From positions 3,594,159 to 3,658,158 of the forward strand of contig CAVNZM010000010.1 of NCBI GenBank assembly GCA_963693365.1: a stretch of 64,000 nt of DNA, read 5' to 3'. The translations under genes were made by a program, and so were the position numbers. A model generated the notes under the pieces. That model was not told the origin of the DNA. It did not search any database and saw nothing but the letters and a program-made list of their open reading frames with translations. Source of the DNA: Amoebidium appalachense. Its lineage: Eukaryota; Protista; Ichthyosporea. Shown in pieces: positions 1-24,162 of this stretch (position 1 is the first letter of the stretch; each line of letters begins with the position of its first letter).

Positions 1-185
1 TTCCTCATATAGCACACAACACACCTCCCCCCCCCCCCCCCCCCCCGCCCTGGGCCCCTTCATCACCACCGACCCCTTCAAACCCCCCCCCCCCCCTCCA
101 CACCCACACAACCACACACACAACACACAAACCTCCCCCCCCCCCTTCTCCCCCCCCCCCCCCCCCCACCCCCCGCCCCGCCCCG

Positions 186-230
<45 letters not shown>

Positions 231-236
231 ACCCAC

Positions 237-437
237 CGGACTTTGCCTCTGCGCCTGTCTGCAATGTGACTGTAGCGGCAGTCCATACCACGGCGTTTGT
301 CTTCTGGCCGGCAGCCAAAATCTCAACCCGGTACGTGCCCTCAGGGATCTTACGTGCCTCCTTGGTGGTCAGGTCCTGTACGGGTACGTGTGTGTGTGTG
401 TGTGTGTGTGGGAAGGGGGGGGGGACGGAGGGTTGTA

Positions 438-498
<61 letters not shown>

Positions 499-897
499 CG
501 CGCGTGTGTGTGTGTGAAGGGGTTATGTGAGTATGTGCTTTTATGTATGGGAGAGTTTTCAGAACACGGTGCAGAGTACGAAGCACACATTGACGGCACA
601 CGACAACATGAACATTTTGGAAAGCGTACACAAGGAGTGTGCATGGGGGGGAGGGGGGGGGGGGGGGGCACAACCCATAAGCCACAAGGAAGGGAGTGAC
701 CGCAAGTCGAAAACCAGACCGCGGGAACAGTTATGTGCGCGCATGTGTGTGTGTCCGTGGGTAGGGGAGAAAGAGTTATAGTATATGCCCCTGCCGCACA
801 CCCAGGAGCCAAAAAAAAAAAAAAAACACCACCACCTCCACATGCACGATTCCCCCCCCTTCCTCGGGCAAACCCCCCCCCCCCCCCCTCCAAAAAA

Positions 898-932
<35 letters not shown>

Positions 933-1230
933 GTGGTGGTGGTGGTGGTGGTGGTGGTGGTGGTGGTGGGGGGGGGGGGAGCAAGGCTGGAGAGCATAGA
1001 AGAAGACATACAATGGTGACAGCACGAGCAATGCCGGCAGTTCCCGAGGCAAAAGTCTTTGTTGTGCCCGTGGCGGTGTTTGTCAGGCGCACAAACAGCT
1101 GGTCGGCTGAGTCCACAGACGGCACAAACTTGAGCTGAAGACTGCCCTTCTTCTCCACCGTCAGCGGCTTGGAAAGGCCCGACGGGTAGGGCACACTGCA
1201 AGTGGTTTATTTTTTTTATTTTTTTTTTGT

Positions 1231-1262
<32 letters not shown>

Positions 1263-1265
1263 GAA

Positions 1266-1301
<36 letters not shown>

Positions 1302-1376
1302 CGCCCCGCTGGGGGGGAAGGGGCGGAGGAGAGTGGGGGGAGGGGGGGGGGGGGGGGGGGGACTGGGAAGGGTAAG

Positions 1377-1407
<31 letters not shown>

Positions 1408-1561
1408 CCCGGGGGGAGGGAGAAGGGGGGGGGGGGGGGAGGGGGGAAGCGAAAAGGGTTAGAATGGGTTACAAATCACGAAGTACGCGTTCATGACGGA
1501 CAACCTCAGCACCAAGTTCAAAAACCCATAAACATTATATATCATAAGCAGAGCCCATCCT

Positions 1562-1593
<32 letters not shown>

Positions 1594-2030
1594 GGAGCAA
1601 AGGGGGTAAGAATGTGTAGTAGGTGTGGGTGCTCTGTGGTTGCGTCGGTGGGTGTGGGTCATGGGGAGAAGGGGGAAGGAAAGGAAACGTCGAGGTCGAT
1701 AGTGTGCGCGGCGGCGCAGGAGTTATCAAATGGGTGGGTGATGAACCCAGTTAACATCTGTTTGCCCATAGGTGATAAAACATCGCCTAAAGGTTCTCAC
1801 GGGCCATATTGTTACCTAATATTTGCGTCTTCCCCCCCCCCCCCCCCCCCCCCCCCCCAAAACCCCCAACCTCCCTCTCCCCCCCAATACGAAAGTCGGC
1901 ACTAAAATGGAAACCAAAAAAAAGATGATAAGATAACGACCGAAAGGGGGGGGGGGTCGGGGGGGGGATTGCTGGAAGATCAGAAACAGGCATATGCCCC
2001 CCCCCCCCCCCCCCCCCCCCCGTCCTCTCC

Positions 2031-2062
<32 letters not shown>

Positions 2063-2530
2063 AACACTGACACAAGCACACACCTCTCACCTTCTACTCT
2101 AACAACACACACACACACACACACACTCTCCCCGTCCCCCCTCTCTCTCTCTCTACCCCCCCCCCCCGCTCTTTCCCCCCTCTCCCTCTCCCTCCCTTCT
2201 CTCTCTTTTCACATTTACCCGCTACCTTGCAAGGTCATATCAACTTTCTGCTCTCCGGCCAGCCACTCTGACCGCAAGCCATCTCTTTTCTCCTTCTCTT
2301 GTTTCAACCTCCCCCTCCCCCCCTCCCCCCCCCCCCCCCCTGCCCCTCCCATCTCCCTCAAGCCCAACCCCATACACACACGGCTACACAAACATGCCCC
2401 CCTTTTCCCTTCTCCTTCTCCACTTGTCTCTTCCGCATCAAAGTGATATGCCTTGTGATATAATAAAATACCATGGCCTTTGAAAGATAGAGTGCCCCCC
2501 CCCCTCTCCCCCTCCCCCCTTCACAAAGGC

Positions 2531-2563
<33 letters not shown>

Positions 2564-2671
2564 CAAACAGAAAAAGTGAAAGGATCAGAATGAAAAAATG
2601 GAAAAGAGAAAAGCGGCGAGAGAAGAAGAAACCATGTGGGCGACCAGCCCTCCCTCCCTCCCCCCCCCCCA

Positions 2672-2705
<34 letters not shown>

Positions 2706-3102
2706 TGCATAATAGTAATAAATAAAAAAAAGAGCAGGAAAAATAAAGAAGAACCAGAAGAAACGGATTAGAGAGGGGTCACATACTCAACCGGGCTGCC
2801 CAGACCCGCCGCATCCTTCACCGCCACCGTCACATCGCTGAAAATCACATCCGCCTTTGCCGGCGCCGGCGGCGGTGTTTCCTTTTTAGGCTCCTCCTTT
2901 ACCGGCTCTTCCTTTGCCGGCTCCGGCGCCGCTGCTTCCGCGGCCTTCTTTTTCACCTTTTTTTCTTTTGTTGGCGGTGCGGCTTCGGCGTCTTGTGCGC
3001 CCTCAGAGGCGACGACGACAGGAGCTGTGTCCTGCTTGGCCTCCTCTGCTACCACCACTGAACAGGCCGCAAGGGCACAGAGGGCCAGGAGCAATACTGT
3101 GC

Positions 3103-3134
<32 letters not shown>

Positions 3135-4192
3135 GGGGGCGGAAGAAAAAGGGTGGTGGTGGGGGGGGGGGGGGGGGGGGGGTTAGAATGTGTTTAGAGC
3201 ACGAAGTGCATATTCGTAATGGAAAACATAATGCAGAGTGCAAACCACACAAATAGTATCCATAATAAGCAGAACCCATCCTCAGCGGGGGAAGGGGGGC
3301 TGGACGGAGGGGGGAGGAAGGGAGGGGGTGGTGCAGAGGAGGAGTGGAAAAGGTGGGGTAAGGGGAGAGGTTGTTAGCATATACACTACAAAGTCAATTG
3401 TACAGTTTCACGACGGAAAACACCGTGCAGATTATCAAAAGGGACACATGCGAAGAGTATGCCTCAAAAGTACAGCGTATTTGAGTGGTTAGGCGGGGAG
3501 GGGGGGAGGGGGGAGGGGGGAGAGTCGGTGTTGCGTGTTCTTTCCTCTTAGAAAAAGGGAGGTTCAGGGGGGGGGGGGGAGGGGGGGGGGGGGGGTTGAA
3601 TGCGGAACACGGTACGAAGTACGCATACACGATGAGAAGCATGGTGCAGGACACATGCAAAGGCAAACATTCAAGTATGCAACATCAGCCATGCGCACAG
3701 TATGCGTCATAAGCAGAGCCCATCCTCAGGGAGGGCCCAAGTCATCATTTGCGTCTGAGTTTCGACCCCTTAGCCCGCGTATATACGACTCTCCAACTCA
3801 GACAGCAGCATCAACTGAACTTGGGAGGGTCAACCCGTCTTGGGAGGGAGGGGGGGGGGGGGGGGGGGAGTGAGGTACATTGTATTGGGCACAACATAAC
3901 AATGGATAACAGAGGGGGAAGGGGGAGGGGGGGAGGGAGGGGGGAGGAGGGGGTCATTGAGGGTCTATGCTATGCAATCGCGTTGTGGGGTAATGAATAC
4001 CTACAAAGAAAGGCTGAACCAAATAAGTGAAACGTGAAATGCCTACCAAAACAAAAATACAAGCAACACCAGTGGGTGTGTGTGCAGAAGAATACTCTGT
4101 ACACTTGGATCTTTGTCAATGGCTGTAAAAGTGGGTAAACCTTTGTTGAATGGAGGGTTGTGTGTGAGCTGATAATAGAGTTCGGGAATGGG

Positions 4193-4277
<85 letters not shown>

Positions 4278-4480
4278 CGCGAGTGTGTGTGTGTGCGTGT
4301 GAGTGTGGGTGCATGTGTGGGTAGAAGTGTGTGTGTGTATACGTGTGTTTGTGTGCAGGCGTGCACGTCTGCTGTGTGTGCGTGCATGTGTGCATGCGTA
4401 GCTGTGCATTCGCATTTTCGTGTAATCATGTGTGTGTATGTGTTCGCGTGGATGCAGGTGTGTTTATGTGTGTATACAGA

Positions 4481-4560
<80 letters not shown>

Positions 4561-4925
4561 CGTGTGTGCGTGCGTGCGTGTGTGTGCGTGCGTGTGTCTG
4601 TGTTTGTATGTAATTCTGTGTGTGTGTGTGTGTGTGTGCCTATTCGTCTGCGCATGTGAACGTTGTGTGTGTGAGTTACTAAAGAAAGCGGATGGTGCCA
4701 ATCTGATAGTAAAAGTGAGTGCATGTTATGAGAAGATTTTTGAGCCCCGCTGCCTTCATTCGCGTATAAGCCCGAAAGAACGCAGCGTCTGTATCTCGTG
4801 GCCCAAATCACATTCAATTCACAAAACTAGCATGCAAACTAGACCATGGTGTTTTTTGATCGCTGCCATGACACGATTGTACCGGAGGGGGATCAGAGGT
4901 GGACCGTACCACGCTTGGTGTTCAT
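237..4925 (-). CDS. RPN2: Oligosaccharyltransferase subunit ribophorin II / Swp1-like; multi-exon, 3' end lies beyond the left edge of the window
   Basis: Phase-consistent GT-AG exons 4925-4910, 3096-2787, 1195-1012, 375-237 give [22 protein letters not shown] (signal peptide), a K/E/A/P-rich linker, then [13 protein letters not shown]...[13 protein letters not shown]...[24 protein letters not shown]...[12 protein letters not shown]. This matches the RPN2 lumenal motifs HQxFVRLxN and GTYxLxLxxGD...NxxxWxxAxV. Confidence 0.75.
3595..3738 (-). repeat. Copy of a ~140-bp dispersed intronic element (SINE/MITE-like)
   Basis: Near-identical reverse-complement copy at 12585-12730. Diverged copies at ~560-645, 1460-1565, 3186-3290, 3380-3480, 12770-12910 and 57720-57820 share motifs such as TAAGCAGAGCCCATCCTC and ACGAAGTAC. 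Confidence 0.75.
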
Positions 4926-5888
4926 TCTTACTGTCTTTCCCGCAAGCAGCTATAGATGAGCAGCCTAAAGCCCTCTGGGGCTCTGAAAATGTGCTAGCAA
5001 GGTGAGACGCTCTCTATATATTTGGGAATGATTCCAAAAAACATCGACTAAGTAAACAACTCTCTCCCTCTCTTCTCCCGAGCTCTCTCCCTCTTTGTGA
5101 AGACATCGAAAAAGAATCACTGGACATTCCTGAGGATTGAGTGCGAGCCGGCGAGCCGGGTTGTGAAACAAATGAAGATACGAATCGGTGATACATTTGA
5201 CCGATATAAAGCATTTAATCCATATAAATATAGGACATTAAAGAACTTAAAACTCTTAACATTCAATAAGAGCTTTGTATGTCACGAAACCATGGAGGTT
5301 GCGATGGCCCGACTCGCACAATTCCGATTGTGAACCGGGCTCAGAGCCTGCCCTGGCAACCAGCCAATAAAATATATTTAGAACGAGTGTCCAAAATTAG
5401 CTAGCAATCGTCTCGGCCCACTAAACCTGGTAGTCTTTCTAAAACTTTGAACCCCTTCTATTGCGTGATCAGAGGGAGAACGTTTGTAGGCTGCTTCGCG
5501 TGTCCACCGCGTATCCCACACCGGGGCGCTGGCCAAGAGAGAGAGGGAGAGACAGAGAGAGAGAGAGGAGAGGGAGAGGGATTGCCTACGTGCTTGTGCC
5601 TGTTTCGTGCTCGCCAGAAACAGGAAAGACCATAAATAAGCCGTTAGTTTCGCTGGACGTGCCGTGTCGTTCCTTTTCACCCCCCCCCACTCGTTTGGCA
5701 TAATTGACAAGCAGCCAGCCATTACTTTCCAGCACATCGTTCGCTAGAGGGTTATATACGGAGCTCCGCCAAACTCTGATCAGCGAGCAATTTATAGCAT
5801 CGGTTCTATTTTTTTTGGTTGAGCTGTTTTCTTTTTATCATCCCACTGCATACATTCTCGTTCTGTTTCTCCATCATTTCAAGCAAAA
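4926..5888. promoter_or_regulatory. Head-to-head (probably bidirectional) promoter region between the RPN2-like and mL58-like genes
   Basis: Divergent ATGs at 4925 (-) and 5889 (+); the interval is largely microsatellite-free and has a CCAAT motif (~5362) and a TATA-like GGTTATATA (~5750). Confidence 0.45.
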
Positions 5889-13256
<7,368 letters not shown>

Positions 13257-13580
13257 GAACCCTCCATCTCTATTCCTATGGTTGTTTTTTATTTTTCATT
13301 TATTTTTTTATTTTCATTTAAGATTTTTATTCTAGGTGGTGTACATTATTCCTACGGTTTCTCGAGATGTGGGTATCGCCTTGTTTCTTGTACACGCCTT
13401 TATCAATGCATAGAGACCCCCGTCCGTCTGTAATTTCAGTTTTTCAGGTTGTAGATTTTCCTTGCATGGTGTCTTGAGGTTCATTTTTACAGCGTTTGTG
13501 GGTTTTTCGCTAGGTATGCATGTGTGTTGGTTGGAATGTGGTGAGGGTGATGGGTTGTTGTTGTATTTTGTGGAGGAGGA

Positions 13581-13617
<37 letters not shown>

Positions 13618-13761
13618 TGATGTATTTTTCATCAATCGGATACGATGGATGTGTGGGTTTCCGCTGGATTTGAAGAGGTGCCAATGACAATGAATGTGTG
13701 GTGCACACACTCATGCGTGCACGAATATACACACACTTGTTCGTCAACACACGCGTACGCG

Positions 13762-13823
<62 letters not shown>

Positions 13824-13894
13824 ACTAGTGGTTCGGTCAGACACAGAAACCGCACAACTGCCAAATCACATCTTGACTGGTTGATGATTGGATT

Positions 13895-14000
13895 CCATGG
13901 ATACCTTTGGTATTTGTGGAATGTACTCCATTTATGACTCTGGTATTTGCGGAATGCACCCCATGCATGTCTTTGGTATTTGCAGAATACATTCTAGAAT
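13895..14000. repeat. Minisatellite, about 33-bp unit x3
   Basis: TGGTATTTG(T/C)(G/A)GAAT(G/A)(T/C)A repeated at ~13908, 13941 and 13974. Confidence 0.6.
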
Positions 14001-14453
14001 ATTCCTGTGTCGTTTTTCTAAAACCACAGGGACACACGCATGTCTCGCTGGTTGGTGTACACATGCGGATGGGTGTATTTATTGATTTGAATACTTCGTC
14101 CGTTTGGAGACTCAAAATGCTGAAATTCGAATAAACTGGTGGTGGCCTTGTGCCACACATCCCTTGAAGCTGAATTCGAATACCAAGATTGAATATACTT
14201 CATTTTTACACATCCCCCCCCCCCCCCCCCCCCCCCCGAAATTTCCTCCCCGGCCCCCGGTGCACATTCAATTAGTAGGCTGCGAAGCTTGCCAGCCCCG
14301 CCTGCCCACACGAACAATTATACACACACAAATTTAATTAAACGCACCCAATGGCAGCCGGCCCCATAGGCTACTGCAAATGTGACTTTTGGATCACACC
14401 CGCTCCTGCGCGGGTCTATGTGCGCACGTGATTCCGTATGTTACTTTATAATT

Positions 14454-14759
14454 ATATTCCTACTTTTTTTATAGTTTTATAAAAACTTTTTTTTTGGCGC
14501 TCCAAAACTTCAAATTTCTATGTTAGGCTAATACTTCGATATCGATCGGCTTGTGTTATATTGAGCTAAGGCTGATATGATCATCTATAAATAAAACCAT
14601 AAAAAAAAATTGGAATATCGCAAAATCAAAAAAATTATGTATGGACCAATAATTATTGCGCGATCGCACGATTAGCCAAATATAGAAATTTGGGCAGGAA
14701 GTTTTTGCGCGCCAAAAAAAAAAAAGTCTTAATAAAGCTATAAAGAAGAGTAGGAATAT
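14454..14759. mobile_element. MITE / fold-back element with ~90-bp imperfect terminal inverted repeats
   Basis: Left arm ATATTCCTACTTTTTTTATAGTTTTAT...TTTTTGGCGC..AAAACTTC..AAATTTCTAT..GGCTAAT is the reverse complement of right arm ATTAGCC..ATAGAAATTT..GAAGTTTT..GCGCCAAAAA..ATAAAGCTATAAAGAAGAGTAGGAATAT. Partial second copy at ~26800-26920. Confidence 0.7.
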
Positions 14760-15291
14760 GATAGCTATCCCCCCGTCGACAGGATTTTGATGTCACTTTA
14801 TGTTTACACGTTCTTTCCCGACTCAGGCTACCTCCTCCCCCCCCCCCCCCCCCCCCCGCCCCCGGGGCGCCCCCCCTCCCCCCTCCCCCCCCCCCCTAGC
14901 TCTCCTCCCCCCCCCTCCCTCCCCCCCCTCCCCCCCCCCCCCCCCAAACAAACACACACATACACACACACGCACACATACACACACACTCCACCCCCTC
15001 CCCACACGCACCGGCCACACGTGCACGTAACACGCACACACACAGCACACACACACACACATGCACATGCACATGTTGTACAAATTTACACACACGTGCC
15101 CGTGATTAACAGCATATAACCATCACCACTTACGTTATGTCGGCTTGTATCCGAAATTTCCTTATCTGGCAGTCATGCATTATGCAGCAAAATGTTCAAA
15201 GAAAATGTGGTTGCAGGCCCGAAGTTCAATCAGGCAAAATGAAGTCATGGACATGTAAGCACGTACATGTAGCTGTATGCACAAATGCAGC

Positions 15292-15328
<37 letters not shown>

Positions 15329-15373
15329 GATGCATATATACGGTGGACTCGCATTACTATGGCACAGTCTGTC

Positions 15374-15406
<33 letters not shown>

Positions 15407-15879
15407 ATTTCTGGGGGTCCTGTTCGCAATTGAAAGGCTGCGAAAGCTTGCAGGCCGGCCCGCCCGGGTTTGTTTACACCAACAATCACACACGCCCAAG
15501 AGTTAGTTGCAACACATCGTCATATGCCCACACCCGTGTGCCACACACACACACACGTGCACACACACACACACAAGCGCGCGCGCGCCCCACATAGTCA
15601 TGAGGGGATACCTCGTGGTGCCTGGGACCGCAAACACACTTTTGCAGTTCTGTGCCTGATTTGAACCTCAAGATTTGAGCGGGCGGCCATAGAGAAGTAA
15701 ATGTGCCCTTCTCAAAACATTCTATTTTCTCATTCTTTGCAAACTAGATCTCAAATCTTAGCAGCCTATGTCATCTGTTATTGCATGCACACTTTATAGT
15801 ATACACTCAAATACTTGAAACGAACATCATGATCATCTCTCATGTTCTAGATCTCGGTGATCAAGATTATCTAAAATTT

Positions 15880-16120
15880 CGAAGACACAAGATTGTATAT
15901 CTACCTGCTATCTCCAAATAAAAGCATTGTCAATGACTCTAATGCTTCGTGGTTCCATATCAGCGCTTGCATGAAAATTAAAATCCAGACTATCTGGGAT
16001 TTCAAAGACACAAAGTCGTAAATATATCTACCTACTATCTCCAAATAAAAAACATTGTCGATGACTCTAATACTTCATGGTTATGCACATCAGCGCTTAC
16101 ATGAAATCAGAATCAAAATC
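15880..16120. repeat. Direct tandem duplication of about 125 bp
   Basis: ATATCTACCT(G/A)CTATCTCCAAATAAAA..CATTGTC(A/G)ATGACTCTAAT..ATCAGCGCTT(G/A)CATGAAA occurs at ~15897 and ~16025. Confidence 0.7.
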
Positions 16121-16696
16121 AGCTTCAAGCACAAGCCGTATATATCCATCTATATTTATTTTCTATGGGATAGACAGACGGACCGTGTCACCTTCACGGC
16201 TAATATCAACCTCAGCATGGGGTATCACATTATTATCTTCCAAGAGAAAAATGCAATTATAATCTCATCCAATATGTAGGTGTATGTTGTTACCTCAGCC
16301 CCAAATATATATATATATATATATATCATTACACATGTCCACACAAATTACGGTATATCTCGTCTACTACCTAGCAGAAGCCCTTAGTGTGTTCACACAG
16401 CTCTCTCTGTACATCCCATGCTTTCCGATTTCCGAATTTCCGAATTTCTCGTGTTTCCGTTTTCCAATTCTCGCTTCACCATCATAATAGTGCATACAAA
16501 TTCCAAGTCAATGCATCCGATCATTAGAACTCAAAACGAGACGCAAAAAAAAAGGGAAGGAAAAAGCCCCCCCCTTCCCCCCCCCCCCCCCCCCCCAAAC
16601 CACCACCACCACCACCCACCCACCGGAAAAAAAACTAAAAATATACATATACATACATATATATATAAAATTACAATAATAAAAAGATTGAAATAA

Positions 16697-19360
<2,664 letters not shown>

Positions 19361-19809
19361 CTGTGGGGGGGAAAAAAAGGGAAAGGGGGGGAGGGGAGGG
19401 GGGTCATTATCAGTCGTGGTTTACGGGGACTCTTTGTAAAATATTTAGCCTGTGTGTTGCAGATGGGGAGGGGGGGGGGGGGGGAGGGGGGAGGGACTGG
19501 GGGAACGGGGGTGGAGGGGGCTGGGTGGGCGGAAGGGTTAGATGTGGTAGGAAGGACCGAAAGAAGGGATTCGTATACATTTTTTCTAGGCGTGGGGCAA
19601 GGGGGCGGGGTGGAGAAGGAGTCGGCACCAAAACAATGCACAGAAGGGTAAATTGTACGTGTGTGCATGTGCAAGTGGTGTGTGGTCACGGTGTCGTGTG
19701 TGTGCATGTCTTTCACTCTTTTCTCATTCTCTCTATCACTCTGTCTGCCCGTCCCCCCCGCCCCCCACACCCCCAACACTTTCCCCCCTGTGTGTGTGTG
19801 TGTGTTTGT

Positions 19810-19876
<67 letters not shown>

Positions 19877-19887
19877 TTCACTTGTCC

Positions 19888-19948
<61 letters not shown>

Positions 19949-21858
19949 CACGCGCGCGCGCATGGACGTCTGAGAGACCGGGCAGAAATAGCTGCTCTGG
20001 AGAGCCTTCCGAACAGGGGGCAGGGGAAAGGGGGGGGGGGGGGGGGGGGGGGGGGGAGTATTATCTAGTGCGTAGAGTAGAAGGCCCACAACAGGTAGCA
20101 CGTTGGAGTGCAAAAAGCAACACACAGAAAGCAGACAGCATTGCCGAGGTCCAACTTAAATACCGAGCTGTGTGTGACGGATGTGTGTGCTTGGCTCAAG
20201 TGGGCCTAAACGGGAAACTGGGCCAAGCTAGAGCACATTAAAGCACTGGTGTGCGTGCGGGCAGTGGTGAGGGGAGGAAAGGGAAGGAAAACGGCAAAGG
20301 GGGAGGGGGGGGGGGGGGGGAGGGGGGAGGGGGGGGGAGGGGGGGGGGGCACAATACACGAGAAAAACTCCAAGGCCGTCCAAGCATACTTGCACAAAAG
20401 CACACCATGTGCACACACCTAGCGCACACACGCCAGTGTATTACTGTCATGCATACAAACAGGCTACCATTAAATAATGTGTTGCAAAGGCACCCTTACA
20501 TATGCTCTCACACCCTTACAGCACACACGCACCACCCAAAACCAAAAGTGCTGTGTACAAACTACCCCTGTACTTAACCACACATCAATTGCAACCCCAC
20601 TGCAACTTTCAGTGCCCACCTGTTCACCGTGTGCTAGGATGATTGGGCGTTCACCTACAGCACCGGCCTTTGCTTTGTGGCAGCTGTACCACATGATATT
20701 CCCTTTCTGCTTCTCTTGCTACACACGAAGTCTGCAAAGTCAAAACGCCCCTTGGAGTGCCAGCCTTGTTTGCACCTTTTTTTTTTCTTCAATGTTTTAT
20801 TGTGTACGTACTAGAGACTAGCACAATGTATAAGCACCGTGTTGCGTGCTATGTGTAAAGTAATGCGCACGTTTCTCGATACATAAAAAGCGGAAAGACA
20901 TGAACCCAAGCTTTCGCCTTCTCTTGCCCGCGGGGCTTGAACAGAACAACAAGAGAAAACCCTCAAGATACACGTTTGGAGTTTGTTTGACGAAACTTTT
21001 GCCCTCGAAGGTGAAGCAAGGGTGAAAGGTTGCTTGGCTTTTGTACTTCGCAGCGTTAAAAACGTCAACTCCCTAGACCCAACAATTGAACGAATTTCCG
21101 AAAGAGCCAAATCGGCACCTAAATTAGAGTCTAGAGAGTTCAACTATGCCTCACAAACGGTGTATCTCCCTTGATGTGCCCGTAGAGTACATCAAGGCAA
21201 AATAATTAATGAGAGGCGCTACGATTATAAAACAGTAAAAAAATTTCTGAGTAGACTGTCACTGTCCGATCGAGAAGAAACAGAAGGTGGAAAATTTGTG
21301 AAGTTTAGACCTTCCGGTGTCTAAGTCACAAATATAGAAAGCGTTCTACTATAAATGGCAACCTATTGTGCATTTTGAGTGGCCCTGTAGTTTTCAAGGG
21401 AATTTTGGGATTTTCTTATTGATCAGCCAATCGGTGTAGAGAACTGCAGCTCAAATGCATATTTAGGCCAACGGCTCCTCGCGCGAGCGGCATGCTTTGA
21501 AGCCCCTGATCCGTTGCCGATTTTCGCCATTTTTTTAAGGTAGATACACTGCCTGACCAAATACATGGATATTAGTATTGTTTGATACCAATAAGGCCAT
21601 CTATATAATACAACATTGTATGTTCAATAGTGCTAGGAGCCTGAAACCCACATAGGTGCCCAACTGGTTCACGTGAATCCGAGCCCAACACCGATTGGAG
21701 CGTTTCTGAGCCATCTCCCTAGAACATTTGAGTCTTGTTTGGGATGGGGGTACTGTGGGTGCGGTCCGTGGGCCGGAGTCGACTGTCTGGGCTGCACAGT
21801 TGGAATCGAGAAACTTTGGAAGAGGGGAGGAGGGGAGGAGGGGCGGGAGGAGGGAAGG

Positions 21859-21889
<31 letters not shown>

Positions 21890-21974
21890 AGGGGAGGGGG
21901 GAAGGGAAGGAAAAAATCCACAGCTGCTAGTGTACACACCTATGTACCAAATCAACCTGAGTTGTGCACATGTG

Positions 21975-22046
21975 CGCTGGAAAAGTAGTGCGGCAGAACG
22001 GATGTCATTTCGCTGGAAAAGTAGTGCGGCAGAGCGGACGTCATTT
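21975..22046. repeat. 36-bp direct tandem duplication
   Basis: CGCTGGAAAAGTAGTGCGGCAGA(A/G)CGGA(T/C)GTCATTT x2. Confidence 0.8.
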
Positions 22047-23884
22047 CAGTGCCTAGCAGCTTGAAAGCCCCATGAATAATGGTGTGTTGGTCCTTTCGTT
22101 CAATAGCAGCAGCATCCCACATCACTGTATAATATATGCCTTTGCGGATCATTTCTTGCATAGTAAGTGTGGTTGTGGCAAGTAGCACCGCGGCCCGAGA
22201 TGGTTCTATCACTATCTGCTGTATGATCGGGCATGCTAAGCGCAGAAGACATCTGGCCGCAAGGTCATAGCACACATGCATAGCATTTGCATGGGAAAAA
22301 GTACATTACAGAAAAGTTGAGACCCGTGTCAACCACGTGTCTTTAACATTCAGCAGCAATTAAGGTTTGAAATCCTTGTATGTGATTTGATAGGCACAAA
22401 TACACACGCCTCACGACAAAACAACGCGTACGGCACACATGCACACTGACGGTGTGAAAACGAATGGGTGCACCTCCCCACCTACCTCCTCCTCCCCCTC
22501 TTCCCGCCCCTCACACACACACCCACACACAGGCACACGCACCACACGTGTACAGAGGAATATATCGGCACGCATAAAGGCACATTGCCACGCACAACTG
22601 CGGAGCGCGCACGCGTACGCGCGCGCGCACCCAAGAGTACGCGTGCGCGCACACAAGTCTTGGTGCACGTCCACAGACTCAGAGGCTTGCACACACGTAC
22701 GCGCACGCACAATTTTTTGCACCTGCAACACCCGCCCACACACACGTACACACGCATGACAAGCATACACACCCACACGCGACGCCTGTGTACACACACC
22801 CCAGGCATACACACACGATGACACACCGCACCGCACATACGCGCGCACACACGCACACAAGCTTACCTAGAACCAGTTCACTATGCACACAAGAAGACGA
22901 AAATAGCTGTTTATTACGTACAAACAGCTGGTTCGTACTATATGTTTCTATATGACAACCGTTCCTGTGTGATGGTTATGAAAATTCAAGAATTTCTGTG
23001 AACTGTCAGATGTCTCCCGAGTATTTTCTTTTTCCCCGTGTATGCGCCCGTGTGTTTGTGTGGGTGTGTATGCGCGCGCACGCACGCGCGTGTGTGTGAG
23101 TGTCTGCGCAAATGTTTTGTGCTATACTAACGTACCATTTTCCTGCAAATCTTTATATTCCCCTTGTAACATACACCAAACCCTGAACCTCTTTTTTCCG
23201 CCTACAGCCCGAAGTGACAACCGCACATGTACAGAGACGAATTCGTACGGTGTCTTGACTGAGATCATTCGAATCGTCCGATCTGGCTTGACCGTTGTGA
23301 TTGCGCAAACACTTTGGAATTTGTTATTGTCAGCCAACCATTGCGCAGCATTCTTTAGTTTTAGCGTTCCAAAAACGGCGGGACTAACGCCAGGGGACAC
23401 ACAGACACAGTGTCACAGCTAAAAAAAAAAATTTTTTGTACACACGCGTGGACGCACTGTGACGAAACGGCGAACGGGCACGAAACCACTTGGCGTGTAC
23501 TAAACTACTGTTGACTACCACACTCGTATTGATATTTTTTTCTGCTGCTCTACCACCTGTATATAGACTATTTATACTGAGAACAAATAGAGCACAATTC
23601 CTACAACCTTTACCCGGGGCTCAACTAAGGCTAAGCACACCATACTACCTATACACATCTATGCGCGTCTTCTTGGCATGTAGTTGTCAGTGCTTATTAA
23701 TTCAAAGACGGATAAGGAACACAACGTCCTAACACACCCACAAGGCGCTCTCTTTACACAAGAATACCTTCCATATATTCACCCGCGCGTAAGGCCGCCG
23801 GTTCTCCGTGCATAACACGCACGAATCTATGTGCACTCGTGCGGGAGCTCGTACTCTGGGCCATTGAACAGAAATACACGTGTG

Positions 23885-24001
<117 letters not shown>

Positions 24002-24162
24002 ACACACACCACACACACTCCTACACCCCCCCCCCCCCACACACACACACTCACACACACACACGTACGAACACACACACACTCAAACCAGTAGGTTATG
24101 TACCTTTCAGCGAATAATGACGTCCTAGCTTAAAACGGGACGATCACCCACACCAATTCCTG

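Noticed and set aside
944-969. (TGG)n and other G-rich runs as telomeric repeats
   Set aside because: They are short, intronic and lack a telomere-type repeat unit.
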